DNA of 63,765 nt, filler included, from Stramenopiles sp. TOSAG23-3 (GCA_900128585.1; 10 parts of 10 records of this genome joined end to end with filler, not necessarily neighbours in it); one strand, 5' to 3'; shown: positions 1 through 11,734, counted from the first letter of the whole stretch. Numbers and translations: made by a program. Notes: generated from the letters alone by a model not told the origin.

Positions 1-540
1 CATCTTGTATTGCTCCTAACATACACACAAGAGGGAGTTGTATGAGTTGTAGGATTAAAGAGTGATATTTTGATAATAATAAAAAAAATAATATTAATGT
101 AGAATAGGCGACGACTACATCAAGAAAAAAAAATATAATAAAATTAATAAATAATAATAAATAAAAACAAGAAAAAATTGGCTATTAAATAATAATAATA
201 ATAATAATAATAATAGACTAATAAAGAAGGACACTAATATTTTATAATAAAATTTTATATTATAATATAAAAAAATTATTATTATAGTATTAATATAAAA
301 TAATAATGTGAATATAATAGAAGAGCGACCATAATAATGACATTATACCAGTTTTTACTGACAAACAAGGTAAAAGGATTGTTGTAATTTGTCTGCAGAA
401 ACATAGAAACCTTTCGCACCAGTTGCTGAACATCGTGTCGCCAGCCAGCCCCCCTCCCCCTCCCCGAGCTTTCGAAAGGCCAAGGACCGTTTCGTCGAAC
501 CCTGGTCCGTTGGGGGTTGTAACGAGAGGTGCGGCAGAGC

Positions 541-1497
541 ATGCTTTTTGAAGAGGCGTTTGAGAAAGATCTTGGTGTCCTGACGACAGCGTTTTTGAAA
601 GATGTGGAAGTAGAGAAGAAGTTGCCAGATTTAGAAACGTTCAAATCGGTGTGGAAGAGGCGGATGTTTAGCGGCGTTCACCAGGCCAAGGCTCGCCGGC
701 TGTCGTGGAAAGAGTGCCTTCAAGTGTTGTACGCCACAGTGTTGACAAAGTTGCGAGAGAGTTCGAAGGAAGGCGGCAGCAAGTTGCTCCCTGTCGCATA
801 TGTATATACGTTGCTTTGTTTGTACCATACCCAACCGCGGAATCCTCTAGTGAATATCCGGTTGCGGCTGTCTGATTTTCAGCTCATGCTGAAGCTTCAA
901 TCCACACACTTTTGCACCCTGAGCGGTTGCACGGACGCGGTGGCCATGTTGTTTTCGAGCAAGTGCACCACATTGTGCACGTACGTAGGGCCTGTGGGGT
1001 TTCCTTTATCGTTTCAGAGCGTGGACGTAGTTGCTGGCTCAGAGAGCCGGGCCGGGGCTTCCCCAGGCGAAGGCAATGGTGGGACGTCGGGCAGCGCTAG
1101 CAGCAGCAGTGGTTCTTGGAACACATTACTGCGAACGATCGAAGATAGGATTCACGATACTGTCGATGTCGGTTCCATAGAAACCGGTATTGCCCAGTAC
1201 ACGAAAGAGGTCGACCGCTTTCTGTCAACAATAGAAGTTAGAGAAGGAAGTGACAAAGCGAAGAATGCGCACCGTCCCTCCTTTCTGCGACCGTTCCGCC
1301 GGATTCATGGCAAAAACGCGGGACAAACGTCCGCAAGGGCAATTGCCCACGATCGTTTGAAGGGCGACCTGCGCTTCAAACAATTGCAGCTCAAGCGGAG
1401 GTTGGAGCACTATACCGACAAATACAATTCCCACGCGAACAAAACGAAGATTTCGAGGCTGACGCGCATGCTGGACGATGACGAGGAAGGGAACTAG
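541..1497 (+). CDS. SNAPC1: snRNA-activating protein complex subunit 1 (SNAP43)-like
   Basis: N-terminal FKSVWKRRMFS...YTLLCLYHTQP...IRLRLSDF pattern recalls the SNAPc_SNAP43 domain; ATG at 541. Confidence 0.7.
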   Translation: MLFEEAFEKDLGVLTTAFLKDVEVEKKLPDLETFKSVWKRRMFSGVHQAKARRLSWKECLQVLYATVLTKLRESSKEGGSKLLPVAYVYTLLCLYHTQPRNPLVNIRLRLSDFQLMLKLQSTHFCTLSGCTDAVAMLFSSKCTTLCTYVGPVGFPLSFQSVDVVAGSESRAGASPGEGNGGTSGSASSSSGSWNTLLRTIEDRIHDTVDVGSIETGIAQYTKEVDRFLSTIEVREGSDKAKNAHRPSFLRPFRRIHGKNAGQTSARAIAHDRLKGDLRFKQLQLKRRLEHYTDKYNSHANKTKISRLTRMLDDDEEGN

Positions 1498-1651
1498 AGA
1501 GGAAGGTATGTTTTGAAAAGTGTATGTACATAATATGGTAATGTGTGTCTATTTTTATAATCTTACTTCGTAGTTCGTATCATCCTCGTTAATGCATATA
1601 TTTCATAAGAATTCGTATATATTTTTCACAATGATATCCAAGGATCCTTTA

Positions 1652-2578
1652 CTATTTCCCACTGCCATTTTTCTTATCCTCCTTGTTGTCCTTCTTTTTC
1701 TCTTTGTCGTTTTCACCGAGTAATTTCGAAATAGCTTCTTCTCGAGTGAGCACTTTTCGATTGGTGTAAGCGTCACCAAGCCGATGGCCTTTGGTTCGCG
1801 TCCAGTCGAGTTCGTGCGCCTCTTGCTTTATCTGACTATTGAGCGCCTTGAATGCATTGTTGTGGGGAGAAATTTCATTATGGGCGAGCTCATGGTAGAG
1901 CACATCGAACACGCTCTCAATTTTTCTAAACCCTTTCAGGTCGTCGGTCCGAATTCTCAGCAAAATTTCCTGCCCTTTGTTTTTGTTCAGCCCCATCAAG
2001 CAGACGTCCGATATCCCCACTTTTCCCTCGGGATACATCTCTTTAAGGACTGGGACTTTCCACCTGTGTTTTTCCATCACTTTCTGCACGCCGGGGTTAT
2101 TTGCAAGTTCCCAAAGCATCTTTTCGGCTACTTCACCGTCTTCGAATTCGGGAAGGGCTTCTACCGTCATAAAACCGTACTCTTTCGGCCGAAGCCTTCT
2201 TACCCTTCGTTTTCCTACTTTCCAAGGCTCCAACTTATCGACGGAAGAAAAATCACTGCGCATCAGCGGGTCGTCCTTGGTACTGTTTTCCGCCCTGGCG
2301 ATCGCCTCCTGGGAACTGCCCACCAGTTTCAACACCGGAGGTTTCTTGCCGGCTTTAAATTTGACAAACTGTTCTACGAGCGAAGCCCGGTCTTGGTTGT
2401 GCAGCGATTTACCTTTATAAATAATCTTTTGGTGATCGAGATCAATAGAACTTTTTGCCTCTATCGCTTCCATCAGTCCCAAAATCGTAGCCACGGCCGG
2501 GCAAGGAACTTCAAAAATGGTTTTGCCGTGCTTCACTTGCACCGCCCGTATCGGCGTTTTCCCCACCAAAGACGACAT
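1652..2578 (-). CDS. Ubiquitin-like + WLM (Wss1-type) metalloprotease
   Basis: N-terminal UBL (QKIIYKGK); WLM motifs WKVPVLKEM, GLNKNKGQEILLRIRTDD and HELAH zinc site. Confidence 0.9.
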   Translation of the reverse strand: MSSLVGKTPIRAVQVKHGKTIFEVPCPAVATILGLMEAIEAKSSIDLDHQKIIYKGKSLHNQDRASLVEQFVKFKAGKKPPVLKLVGSSQEAIARAENSTKDDPLMRSDFSSVDKLEPWKVGKRRVRRLRPKEYGFMTVEALPEFEDGEVAEKMLWELANNPGVQKVMEKHRWKVPVLKEMYPEGKVGISDVCLMGLNKNKGQEILLRIRTDDLKGFRKIESVFDVLYHELAHNEISPHNNAFKALNSQIKQEAHELDWTRTKGHRLGDAYTNRKVLTREEAISKLLGENDKEKKKDNKEDKKNGSGK

Positions 2579-3468
2579 AACTATGAACCAACAATGGTCT
2601 ACTCAGTAGTTGGGTTCCAGGAATAATTTTTTTCTTTCTTCTATGGACTAATAATGGAAGGAAACAAATTGAATAAATGCAGCACCTAGTGATCTCACAT
2701 TTGTTTTGTTTACATTTTCTAGAAAGCTAATGTGAAGTGAGTATGTATTTAATGCACTGTTCAAACTACAACTATTCTATATAAATTAATAATAATATTA
2801 TTATTATTATTTTTTGTTTTTGTATGTGTTGTGCGTGTGTTGTTTTGTTGTTCTTCTTCTTCTGTTGAATTTATTAATTTAGTAGTTATATCATCTGCTG
2901 ATGAGAAGAAAGAAGAAGAAGAAGAGAAGAAGAAGAAGAAGAAAGAAGAAGTGCGAAATAATATAATAAAGCTTAAAAAAAATATAAAAGTATAAATTAA
3001 TTAAAAAAAAGGAGAGAAGAGAGCAGAGAGCACCACCACCACCGACGAAGAAGAAGAAGAAGAAAGAAAAGAAGAACTTTTTTTTTTGATTTTTCTTCTT
3101 CTTCTTTCATCATCTTCTTCTTTTCTTCTTTCATCTTCTTCTCATCAAAACATCATAGTATTCATACGAGGACATCATAGTAATTTTTCATCATCAGGTC
3201 CGTCAGCAGTTTTATAATAATAATAAATAGTCTAGATAATAATAATAATTAAAAAAAAAATAATAATAATAATAATAAAAAAAATTGAATTGAATTTAAT
3301 TTATAATTATTATATATACGACTACAGGTACAAAGAAATGATCTTTAAAGATTTAGTACGTAGACGACTATTGAATTATACAGAATAATATAGATTTAAC
3401 TGGTGTGATTTTGTTTCGTATGTCGAACCGAGGGTTATGGGCATTGTATATATATACACATATATGAG

Positions 3469-4440
3469 ATGACGACGCGAGGGCTTCTGAACGTGTATCA
3501 GCTGTCTCGTACGGCGAGGCTGCAGGGTCCTCGAGCTCTCGCAGAGAGTGTCCGGGAGCAGATGAGTTTGCAACATCGGATACTGGCGGAAGGTTCGTTT
3601 CGTCGACCTGCTATATTAGATATTTTTCAGGGCCAAGCATCGTTGAACGAGTTGCCAGGTGACTTGAACGGGTATGCGCTTGATTTGAAACGACAGTTGC
3701 AGACGGAAGTGGATAGGCTGGTCAGCGACGGCAACAAGTGGGGAGGATACGCCAGCACACCACAAAAATACAGGCAGCCCATCAACGAGGTTTTTTCCCA
3801 CTGCTTTTACACCCTTGCCACGCTCGACATTTTAATAGCCAGCAGTGACGAAGCCGTAGACCTGGACGGCACGCACTTGTTGGCCAACCCGTGCGACGTA
3901 AGGCACTTGACAGCCTGCGTCGCCGACGACATGCAGGGCTTGAGCATCGAAAAGTTCGGGGTTTGCCCAGAGATCTCTATCCTTCCTAATCGTGCGGATT
4001 TTGTTTCTCCCGTCGATGGCGTTTGGTCGCTTCTTCACTATACATGCGTAGAAATCGTGAAAAATTCAATCCAAGCAGTAATCGAACGCTTTGGTGAGTT
4101 GGAAATTGACGATTTGGACGATCCCCCAATAGTTGTAGATTGCAGCAACGCGAATGAATGGGTTTTTGAAGACCAGGGCACTGGGCTTATTGCGGGGTCC
4201 ACGGAGTCCGTGTTCAACGCCCTCTCATCTACGCGCGAAAAGAGGGAGCCAAACTACACCTACTCTAGGGAATTTGGAATACCGTTCTCTGGCGCAGGCA
4301 TTGGGTTGTTGAAAAGCAAAACATACTTGGGGATGCACAACGCTAGCATTCAGGCCTGTTCCAGAGGGGAAGACGATAGTAACGGGCGGGGCACTACGGT
4401 GACGGTGCGATTTGACAGTGGCCCCGGTACTTCCACTTAA
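3469..4440 (+). CDS. Mitochondrial PDK/BCKDK-like protein kinase (GHKL ATPase)
   Basis: N box EIVKNS, G1 DQGTG, G2 GAGIGL, terminal GTTVTVRF; Arg-rich N-terminus resembling a transit peptide. Confidence 0.75.
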   Translation: MTTRGLLNVYQLSRTARLQGPRALAESVREQMSLQHRILAEGSFRRPAILDIFQGQASLNELPGDLNGYALDLKRQLQTEVDRLVSDGNKWGGYASTPQKYRQPINEVFSHCFYTLATLDILIASSDEAVDLDGTHLLANPCDVRHLTACVADDMQGLSIEKFGVCPEISILPNRADFVSPVDGVWSLLHYTCVEIVKNSIQAVIERFGELEIDDLDDPPIVVDCSNANEWVFEDQGTGLIAGSTESVFNALSSTREKREPNYTYSREFGIPFSGAGIGLLKSKTYLGMHNASIQACSRGEDDSNGRGTTVTVRFDSGPGTST

Positions 4441-4627
4441 GCGTTACGTAAGAATTATGCAATAATTGTACCAAAATAACTCGTAGTCCATAACGAACAA
4501 GAAATATTCAACCGAAACAGTACGGTTTGTTCAGATGCATGAATCATGTGAATTTTTCTTTTTCTTTCTTCAAAAATAACAGCCAATTTTTCTTGTTTTC
4601 TTTCTTCATCAGATTTTTTAATTATAT

Positions 4628-4848
4628 TATTGTACTTCCCCGGTTTTGCGTATTATGTGTGTGAACTTTTTTTAATTAAAAAACTAGCAGGGAGTTACTG
4701 TTACACAAAATAACATTGAATAACAAGGAAAATGGCGAAAAAACTTAAAAGTTCTCTTTTATTTTCACTATACCAATTTATATAGGGAACTGTTATACAA
4801 GTACAAAATCATGTTTTTCTCTGGTCACAAAACCGGTTAAGTACAATA
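4628..4848. mobile_element. Candidate MITE (~220 bp)
   Basis: Inverted termini TATTGTACTTccCCGGTTTTG (4628-4648) and CAAAACCGGttAAGTACAATA (4828-4848), 19 of 21 positions complementary. Confidence 0.45.
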
Positions 4849-5208
4849 CATAGTATTATTATTAGTTTTTAAAAATTATTATTGTTAAAAAATCAAATAG
4901 GAGATAATTGTACTACTTCTAAAATTCTAATAGGAAAAGTAAATAGAGTATTAATATTAAACAACATAGAATGTATAAATTAATATTTAATTTCATTTAG
5001 CCTTAAATACAACATGTATTAAATAAATGAAATACCTATTTAATCTATTATAATTATTTGTATTGTAAATTTCAGAATATTCTTTTTGTTCGATAACTTA
5101 TTTATTTTTTATATCGTGCCCCGGTTAAAATTCACTTTTTGTTTTAAATTGAACAAGACGACTGTAAATAGTATGCAATCTCCTGTCTCCATCCAGGGTT
5201 CATTGCTT

Positions 5209-7053
5209 CTAAAGCAAAGTTTCCTTCATATCTTCCGACTCATTGGCGTCTGGTGGTGAATTTTCAAACTCTTCGTACTTTGCTTTCATCTCCGCTAAAT
5301 TTGGCTTGATGAATATGGCCCCTAAAAATAAAATAAAAATAAATTGAGGGTTAGGACAAGAACGAGGGTTAGGACAAGAACGACTAGGCCAAAGAGGAGA
5401 GGGGGGGGGNNNNNNNNNNNNNNNNNNNNNNNNNNNNNNNNNNNNNNNNNNNGGGGGGGGGGGGGGGGGGTACTTACACATTCCCATGACCAGAAGCACG
5501 GCCACAAAAGTTACCAGCGTCGTCAATGGTAGACCAAGGGCTGCTTGGACAGGAATCCAACACGCAGTCACCAGTCCCCCTCCCATCAGAGCGCTGTGGA
5601 TGGGCTGCTTGTAACCAAACGCTTTGGGGACCGGGGTCTTCTCGTCCGGGTCAACCATGCGAAGCAACATCAGTCCTGCCGCAATGACCCCAGTGTCTTG
5701 CCCGAAGCAACAGATGGCATTCTCGAACCAGCAGGTTGGGTTCATAATTGGGGACAAGTACAAAACGCACAGTACTTCTGTCCCCATGCCGACTATGCAC
5801 AGTATGAGAAAAGGGACGATTTCCGCAGCAAGCTTGCTGACGTTGACCATTGCAATTGCACCGACAATCAAAAAGTCCAAGCCTGTGCCCGATATGCGCT
5901 CCATGGTGGCTCTGTCTACCATTCGGTAGCGCTGGTCACACTTTTGCAGAATGATTTGCATAAATAGCCCAGCCATCATGCAGAGCGGAAACAACGGAAA
6001 CGTGCAAAAGCCCGCGGGGGAAATTAAAATAAGAATGGCGCGAAAGCTCCATCCAATCATGCAGGCAATGCCTAGAATCACCAAGTGCCATGCCAAAGAG
6101 TCGATGCTGTCCCCGGAGGTCGTCTGGAGGCCAGCGATGGGGCGCTTGTCCGGGTTTGTGATGCCACGCTTTGCATTCATGGTAACCCCCGTTTGCATTT
6201 TGCTGTATTTTACCCAGTTTCTTCGGGACGCAATGTTTACTAGAACGATCCCGACCGTTACCGACAGGACCAACCCAACCGTTGCCGTTCCGAGCGAAAT
6301 GCTGCCCCCGTCTTCAAAGCCGTTCTGGGCAAAGACCGTGCTCAAGGCCGCGGCCGTCCCGTGCCCTCCAGAAAACCCGATTGGCAGCGTTTGCCCGAAG
6401 TACTCGTCAACACCGAAGACCGGTACCAAGAAGATTAGCGATATGAATAGGCCTACGAACATCTGTATCCAACTCGTCGCCAAGCCGTACATTAAGTTCG
6501 GGCCCGACGTTTCCCACACCTTCTTCGCGTTTGGTATTTTGCTCCCCAAGAACAAGGACGCAAAGACCAGGTTTATCAAGAAACTTGGCAAGTTTTCCCA
6601 GCCGTGTGTAAAATACAACTGAACCCACGTTTTCGTGCGCGTCGGGAGCACGCTAAGAAAGATCACGCCGTAAATGCCTCCTATGACGCACGATGGTAGG
6701 TATAAAAAGTGCAACATTTTCACGTACACGCGCGTGAGCTTTCCGGACAGCAGCAGCAGCCCTAAGCCACAGAAGGAGAGAATTTGGGCCTGCTTTGGAG
6801 CTACGTTCACGCACCCGCCATCAAGGTCCTTCTGGTTGACCGCAAAGCCTGGCAGACATAGGCACGTTTTATTCACGCAAACCCCGCTGTCTCCGCAACC
6901 CGTTTCTGTGCAGTCTTTAGACCGTTTGATTTCTGAAGGGCACATCCCCGTTGGGTCGGGAAACTTAAACGCGTCCGCACTGCCAAGAAGGCCGCAGGCA
7001 AACACCAACAGGGCCAACGCCGACGTCATCGTTACAAACTTTGAGTGCCGCAT
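5209..7053 (-). CDS. GltS-family sodium/glutamate symporter with N-terminal signal peptide and EGF-like domain; one intron at 5322-5477
   Basis: GltS motifs LPSCVIGG, GFSGGHGTAA, FGQDTGV; Cys-rich CGDSGVCVNKTCLCLPGF; GTAAGTA donor at 5477 and TTTTAG acceptor at 5322 give the in-frame join VMGMWAIFIK. Confidence 0.85.
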   Translation of the reverse strand: MRHSKFVTMTSALALLVFACGLLGSADAFKFPDPTGMCPSEIKRSKDCTETGCGDSGVCVNKTCLCLPGFAVNQKDLDGGCVNVAPKQAQILSFCGLGLLLLSGKLTRVYVKMLHFLYLPSCVIGGIYGVIFLSVLPTRTKTWVQLYFTHGWENLPSFLINLVFASLFLGSKIPNAKKVWETSGPNLMYGLATSWIQMFVGLFISLIFLVPVFGVDEYFGQTLPIGFSGGHGTAAALSTVFAQNGFEDGGSISLGTATVGLVLSVTVGIVLVNIASRRNWVKYSKMQTGVTMNAKRGITNPDKRPIAGLQTTSGDSIDSLAWHLVILGIACMIGWSFRAILILISPAGFCTFPLFPLCMMAGLFMQIILQKCDQRYRMVDRATMERISGTGLDFLIVGAIAMVNVSKLAAEIVPFLILCIVGMGTEVLCVLYLSPIMNPTCWFENAICCFGQDTGVIAAGLMLLRMVDPDEKTPVPKAFGYKQPIHSALMGGGLVTACWIPVQAALGLPLTTLVTFVAVLLVMGMCKYPPPPPXXXXXXXXXXXXXXXPPPSPLWPSRSCPNPRSCPNPQFIFILFLGAIFIKPNLAEMKAKYEEFENSPPDANESEDMKETLL

Positions 7054-8139
7054 ATTAAATTCTTTGTGTAAGTTCCTTCGTAGCAAGTCCAAATAGTGAG
7101 GTCTGTGTTTCTCTTCGTTAATGAAACATTCACACAGCTTGATCTCCTTTTTCTTCTTGTTGAAACAGTATCATTATGAAAATATAGATAAATGTAATCC
7201 TTTCTTCAAGTGAAGAAGTATGCAACTTCTTTTTATTAATAAAATATATATTATATTATAAATATATAACCACATTATTATTATGCTTCTTCTTTCTTGC
7301 TTCTTCTTCTTTATTTTTTTTATTCTTCTCTTCTTCTTTTTTTTTTTTCATCAAATCAGTAGTAGTATTATTAGGGTTTCAGCATCATTTTTTTAAAAAT
7401 TTTTTAGAAGATATAATTTTTTGGAATGTAAACAAAAACAACTTCTTTTTTTGTTTTTTATATTATTTGCCTAAATAATATTGAATTAGCAAGAAGAAAG
7501 ATCACTTCATAGGGCGATCCATATTAAGATACGGTACCTGTATAAATTACAGTTAAAATAGACAATGTTGTTGTCACAGTGTTTCAATACTAATTCCCCA
7601 CCAGCTCATACAGTGGGCAATAAAAAAATTCTAAAATTTGGAAGTGTTGACTTTTAGAAAATATTTTACAACAAAAAATACCCACTATTTCCCTTCAATG
7701 CATTTTTTGACATACAACAAAAAATAAGATTTCCCCCGAATTTGCAATTTTTTCTGGTCCAAGAACTGATGTATGACAAAAAATACATTTCTATTCTATT
7801 TCTATTTTATTTTTTTGTCGTTGTGAAAACTAGACCCCAAAATCCTGATGCTACTCTTCAGTTTTTTATCTACAGACCCCAGCATTGGGGTATTCCTTGT
7901 TATTTCCCTTCAATCTGCCAGTGACCCACTCGAATGGCCGAAGACACACTTGTACGTTATGATAGACGAGAATGAATTAAATCGGTATTTTCAGGCTGTT
8001 AAGACAGAGGAGAGAGAGACTTCGTATTTATATTTGATTGCACCCGTGTCGTTCACACATTTTTAGACTTTTACTCGATCTTATACAACGCATACGTGTT
8101 GCTACTGCAAGAGCTAGGCGCTGCCTCCCACTACAAAAA

Positions 8140-9003
8140 ATGTCCGGCGCTTTGCCATGTAACCCGAGTTCGAGTAACAGAGGCAATAAGATAGGGAAGG
8201 GGAAGGAACGGGAGGCAATTGAAGAGCACAAAATATCGGTAGACGAGAAACCAAGCTTTAAACGGAAACGCCACGTCTTCGATGAGGTGCAGCGTGAACT
8301 GAAGCGAGGAGTTATTAGAGACGCATATGGGGTTCCGTACACACGGAAGTATATGCCATCGGGCACATTTTTACCGACCGCTCCCATACGACCGAAAGTG
8401 CGCAAGTTTGTGTCCCAGAACTATACGCTTAGACCGCCGCAGAAATCAACATGGTGCTTGGGCAATATATTTTGCGTTGGGACCCACCGTTCGCAGTACT
8501 TTTCAGACAGGAAAATTTCCGTTGTTGAATCGAAATTGGCGGTGGAAAAGGAGCTGCTAGGGGGGTATTGTAAGTATCAACGGAACGTCAAGCATCGCGG
8601 ACTAGGCACCGATGTCTTCCGAGCCAATGAGTCTGTAATGAAAGCTACCAACTGCGCTGACCCAGTCTCACTTGTGAACGGAAAAACCAACAACAAACGG
8701 GAAGTGGTGGCCAGAAGGACCGTTCATGTCCCTACATTGGCACGCAAAAAATACAAAAACGAAAAAAACGAAAAAAACGAAACCGAAGATTTCGCGAAAG
8801 AATTTTTGAGCAAAATCGTCGGCGCATACAACGGCAATGCGACCGTTTTGGGAGATTTTGTCACGCTGCTGATGTCGTACAAAAACGGCGAACGGACCGT
8901 AAACGATGTCGATGTCCAGGCACACAGACTTTTGGGCGGTAGGTCAGATTTATACCAACAGTTTCAAATATTCTTGAAACAGGAGAAACACCTCAAAAAA
9001 TAA
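8140..9003 (+). CDS. Protein with C-terminal PAH (Sin3-like paired amphipathic helix) domain
   Basis: AKEFLSKI...FVTLLMSYK...V...HRLLGGRSDLYQQFQIFL matches the PAH pattern; first ATG at 8140. Confidence 0.65.
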   Translation: MSGALPCNPSSSNRGNKIGKGKEREAIEEHKISVDEKPSFKRKRHVFDEVQRELKRGVIRDAYGVPYTRKYMPSGTFLPTAPIRPKVRKFVSQNYTLRPPQKSTWCLGNIFCVGTHRSQYFSDRKISVVESKLAVEKELLGGYCKYQRNVKHRGLGTDVFRANESVMKATNCADPVSLVNGKTNNKREVVARRTVHVPTLARKKYKNEKNEKNETEDFAKEFLSKIVGAYNGNATVLGDFVTLLMSYKNGERTVNDVDVQAHRLLGGRSDLYQQFQIFLKQEKHLKK

Positions 9004-9440
9004 GCACACTTTGCCGTTTGGTTGAGAAGTTCTTGTATTATGAGGCTATGGCCAGAAATCTCTCGCGCACATAACATACAAACGATTACCTTCATAGTGA
9101 GATCTCTGATGCTTTTTTATAGTACGGTTTTCAAAAGTTTAGTTTACCATTTAATTTTAATTACTATATAAAAAATAACAGCCAATTTTCTTGTTTTTAG
9201 TTTACCAGAATAAAGGTGTACTTTTATGAAATTTAAAAAATTTACACAAAGATCAAAAAAATAAGAAAAGAGCTTTTAAGACTTAAACTTAGAACACTTA
9301 ATTCTTAAGAGTAAGAAATTGTAACTTTTTGCACTGCTTGTAATAGATTTCCTAGAATCTGCCACCATGAAAATTGCAACGACCACAAAATTCACTAAAA
9401 GGTGTGTCGCAATTGCACGTTAGCAAACAGCTCTGCGCAA

Positions 9441-10385
9441 TCATTCCCATTCGTCCCAGCCGTCTCCGCCTTCATCTTCGGACACACCAACACTCTTCTT
9501 TGCAGTGTCTACTTCGCCAGCTTTTGCATTCTCGCTGTCGGCCGCAGCGCCGGGGTTCTTTTCTTTCTCATTTGCCTCATCAACAACAGTCCACGATTCC
9601 GTCGAGTCTTCTCTCTTCGTTGTTGCAGCAGGCTTTTCAATCTCCGGCTCCTTGACTAACGATTCGTCCCTGGTACCCTCTGACCTTGGGCTGTCGGTCA
9701 CTTTGGCAGATTTTTGAGGGGAGTCCATGTCGTCCCACGCTTCCAAACTCGTGCCTTGCCCTTCCTTCTTTCCCTTTTCTTCTTCTATTATCTGTGCTTC
9801 CCAAAAAAAGTAACGACGCCAAAACTCTGTTTCTTCCACTTCTGCGGGCACTAGCTCGTGATAAATTGACTGGACGGTGCTATCTTGCAGGAGGGACGAA
9901 GAAGCGCTCCGCCGTTTCTCGTCGAACGTATATTGACTGCAGAAGTCCTCGTACTTGTCAGCGTATTTCGGTCCAATAGGCCGAGAATAAGTATTTGGGT
10001 CTCCCTGTGCAGCCACAACACGTTCTCTAACCGTTAATGTCGGCAGTGCCACAAGGTTTCCTCCTTCAACTTCCTCCTCTGTGTCCAGTATACTTTGCGC
10101 TGTCTTCAGTATGGAGTCACTGATGCCCTCTAACCCTGCCGCTAGCCCCGAAGTCAGTGACATCAGGCTGGTGGACGTAGACGAGCTGCCATCGTCAGCC
10201 TCGGCACTCGACGACTTCTCTTCTTCCGCAACTTCACCCTTTTCATTTTGTACATTATCGCTGCTTTCACCTTGCAGGTAGGCGGCAGTATCGGTGCTGA
10301 CGGTTACGGTAAACTCCTGCAAGTCCTTCGAAACGACTTCCAGGGCAGCCGCTGACTGTTCTTTGATCGAATTCCAAAAATTCAT
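9441..10385 (-). CDS. BSD domain-containing protein (BSDC1-like)
   Basis: IYHELVPAEVEETEFWRRYFF BSD signature; C-terminal WDEWE. Confidence 0.85.
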   Translation of the reverse strand: MNFWNSIKEQSAAALEVVSKDLQEFTVTVSTDTAAYLQGESSDNVQNEKGEVAEEEKSSSAEADDGSSSTSTSLMSLTSGLAAGLEGISDSILKTAQSILDTEEEVEGGNLVALPTLTVRERVVAAQGDPNTYSRPIGPKYADKYEDFCSQYTFDEKRRSASSSLLQDSTVQSIYHELVPAEVEETEFWRRYFFWEAQIIEEEKGKKEGQGTSLEAWDDMDSPQKSAKVTDSPRSEGTRDESLVKEPEIEKPAATTKREDSTESWTVVDEANEKEKNPGAAADSENAKAGEVDTAKKSVGVSEDEGGDGWDEWE

Positions 10386-10803
10386 ATGATGGGTTTTCTT
10401 AACGGGCTTTCGACTCAATTCTCAAAAGTTCTTGACTAACTTCCTTTCGTTTGCTATCGTTTGCAATTCTTCCTTCGTTGTAAGATCTTTTTTGGTTCGT
10501 GCGCATGTGTATAATAACACGCAAACTATTCTACACGGTTTTAATAAATATTTTATTAAACGAAATACCAGAGGAGTAATACCACCAAGGAATACCGTAA
10601 GAAGTGTGATGTGATATTATTCGCATCATATAGTATTTTTTATAAAAAATATAATAAAATAATAACGCTTCTTCTTCTTCTTTCTTCTTCTTCTTCTTCT
10701 TCTTCTTCTTCTTCTTCTTCTTCTTCTTCTTCTTCGATGATTTATTATTTAATTCTCTAGAGGAGTGCTATGACGATGTTAATAATCCTTTTTTTAATTT
10801 TCT

Positions 10804-10875
<72 letters not shown>

Positions 10876-10920
10876 TNNNNNNNNNNNNNNNNNNNNNNNN
10901 NNNNNNNNNNNNNNNNNNNN

Positions 10921-10932
10921 TTAATTAATTAA
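10921..10932. other. Artificial contig linker N-TTAATTAATTAA-N; also at 21890, 32850, 43809, 54762, 56573, 58383, 60193, 62002
   Basis: Identical all-frame-stop 12-mer flanked by equal N runs, occurring nine times; contigs come in near-equal lengths. Confidence 0.97.
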
Positions 10933-11302
10933 NNNNNNNNNNNNNNNNNNNNNNNNNNNNNNNNNNNNNNNNNNNNTGTCGAAAATAAACCATGCTGTGT
11001 GTATGTACAAAAAGGCTGTTTTCGGCAAACGTTCGTTGTCAGCTCTCTATTATCATCACTTGGAATATTAACTAAATAATGGGGACACTGTAATAATAAA
11101 TAGTGTCTAAAAATAATAATAATAATAAAAAAAAAAATAATTAAAAAAAAATATTATTAAAAAATTCCCGCCGCCGCCGTAGTTATAGGCAACAATAATC
11201 ACAGGCGTGCTAAACGAAGTGAGCGGTACCTCATTTTCGCATTGTATTTAACTTTCATAGCGGTTTTGAAAAAGCATTTTTATGCTGTAATTAGTTTCCG
11301 GC

Positions 11303-11734
11303 ATGAAGGGGAAAAAGGAGGCCATCGCAGGTGATGGTTTTATGCCCACGTCGAGCAAACCAATGCGATCGCGTCGTCAATTTGTATCGGGCATTTGTAG
11401 ATTCGGGGATAAACGACAACCTTGTGTAACATGTAATCATTTTGCCGCTAAAACAAATTGCAATTTTAACAAATGCAAACGCTGCTGCGGAAAAGATGGA
11501 AGCGAATGGTGTATATATCACGAGGTGGTTTACAAAGCTGAGCGTAAGATTTTATTGGCCAAGCTGCAAAACGACAATAGATTAGAAAGACCCGAACAAC
11601 ACGTAGCTTATGACGATTTTGCAGAAGGGACGATTTCTTTCGTAGGTGATACTTGTGTTATATTTTCAATCGGTAATTTTTTGTGCATTCCAGAAGTTCA
11701 AAAGTGGCTTCACCGGCTGAACAAAGCAAACTGA
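11303..11734 (+). CDS. Small Cys/His zinc-finger protein
   Basis: CVTC...CNFNKCKRCC...CIYH cluster in a 143-aa ATG-initiated ORF. Confidence 0.5.
   Translation: MKGKKEAIAGDGFMPTSSKPMRSRRQFVSGICRFGDKRQPCVTCNHFAAKTNCNFNKCKRCCGKDGSEWCIYHEVVYKAERKILLAKLQNDNRLERPEQHVAYDDFAEGTISFVGDTCVIFSIGNFLCIPEVQKWLHRLNKAN

Noticed and set aside
5345-5390. Telomeric repeat (GGGTTAGG)
   Set aside because: Part of an 18-bp intronic tandem unit, not a (TTAGGG)n array.
10921-10932. Recurrent palindrome TTAATTAATTAA as a biological motif
   Set aside because: Always centred in N runs; it is an artificial all-frame-stop spacer.
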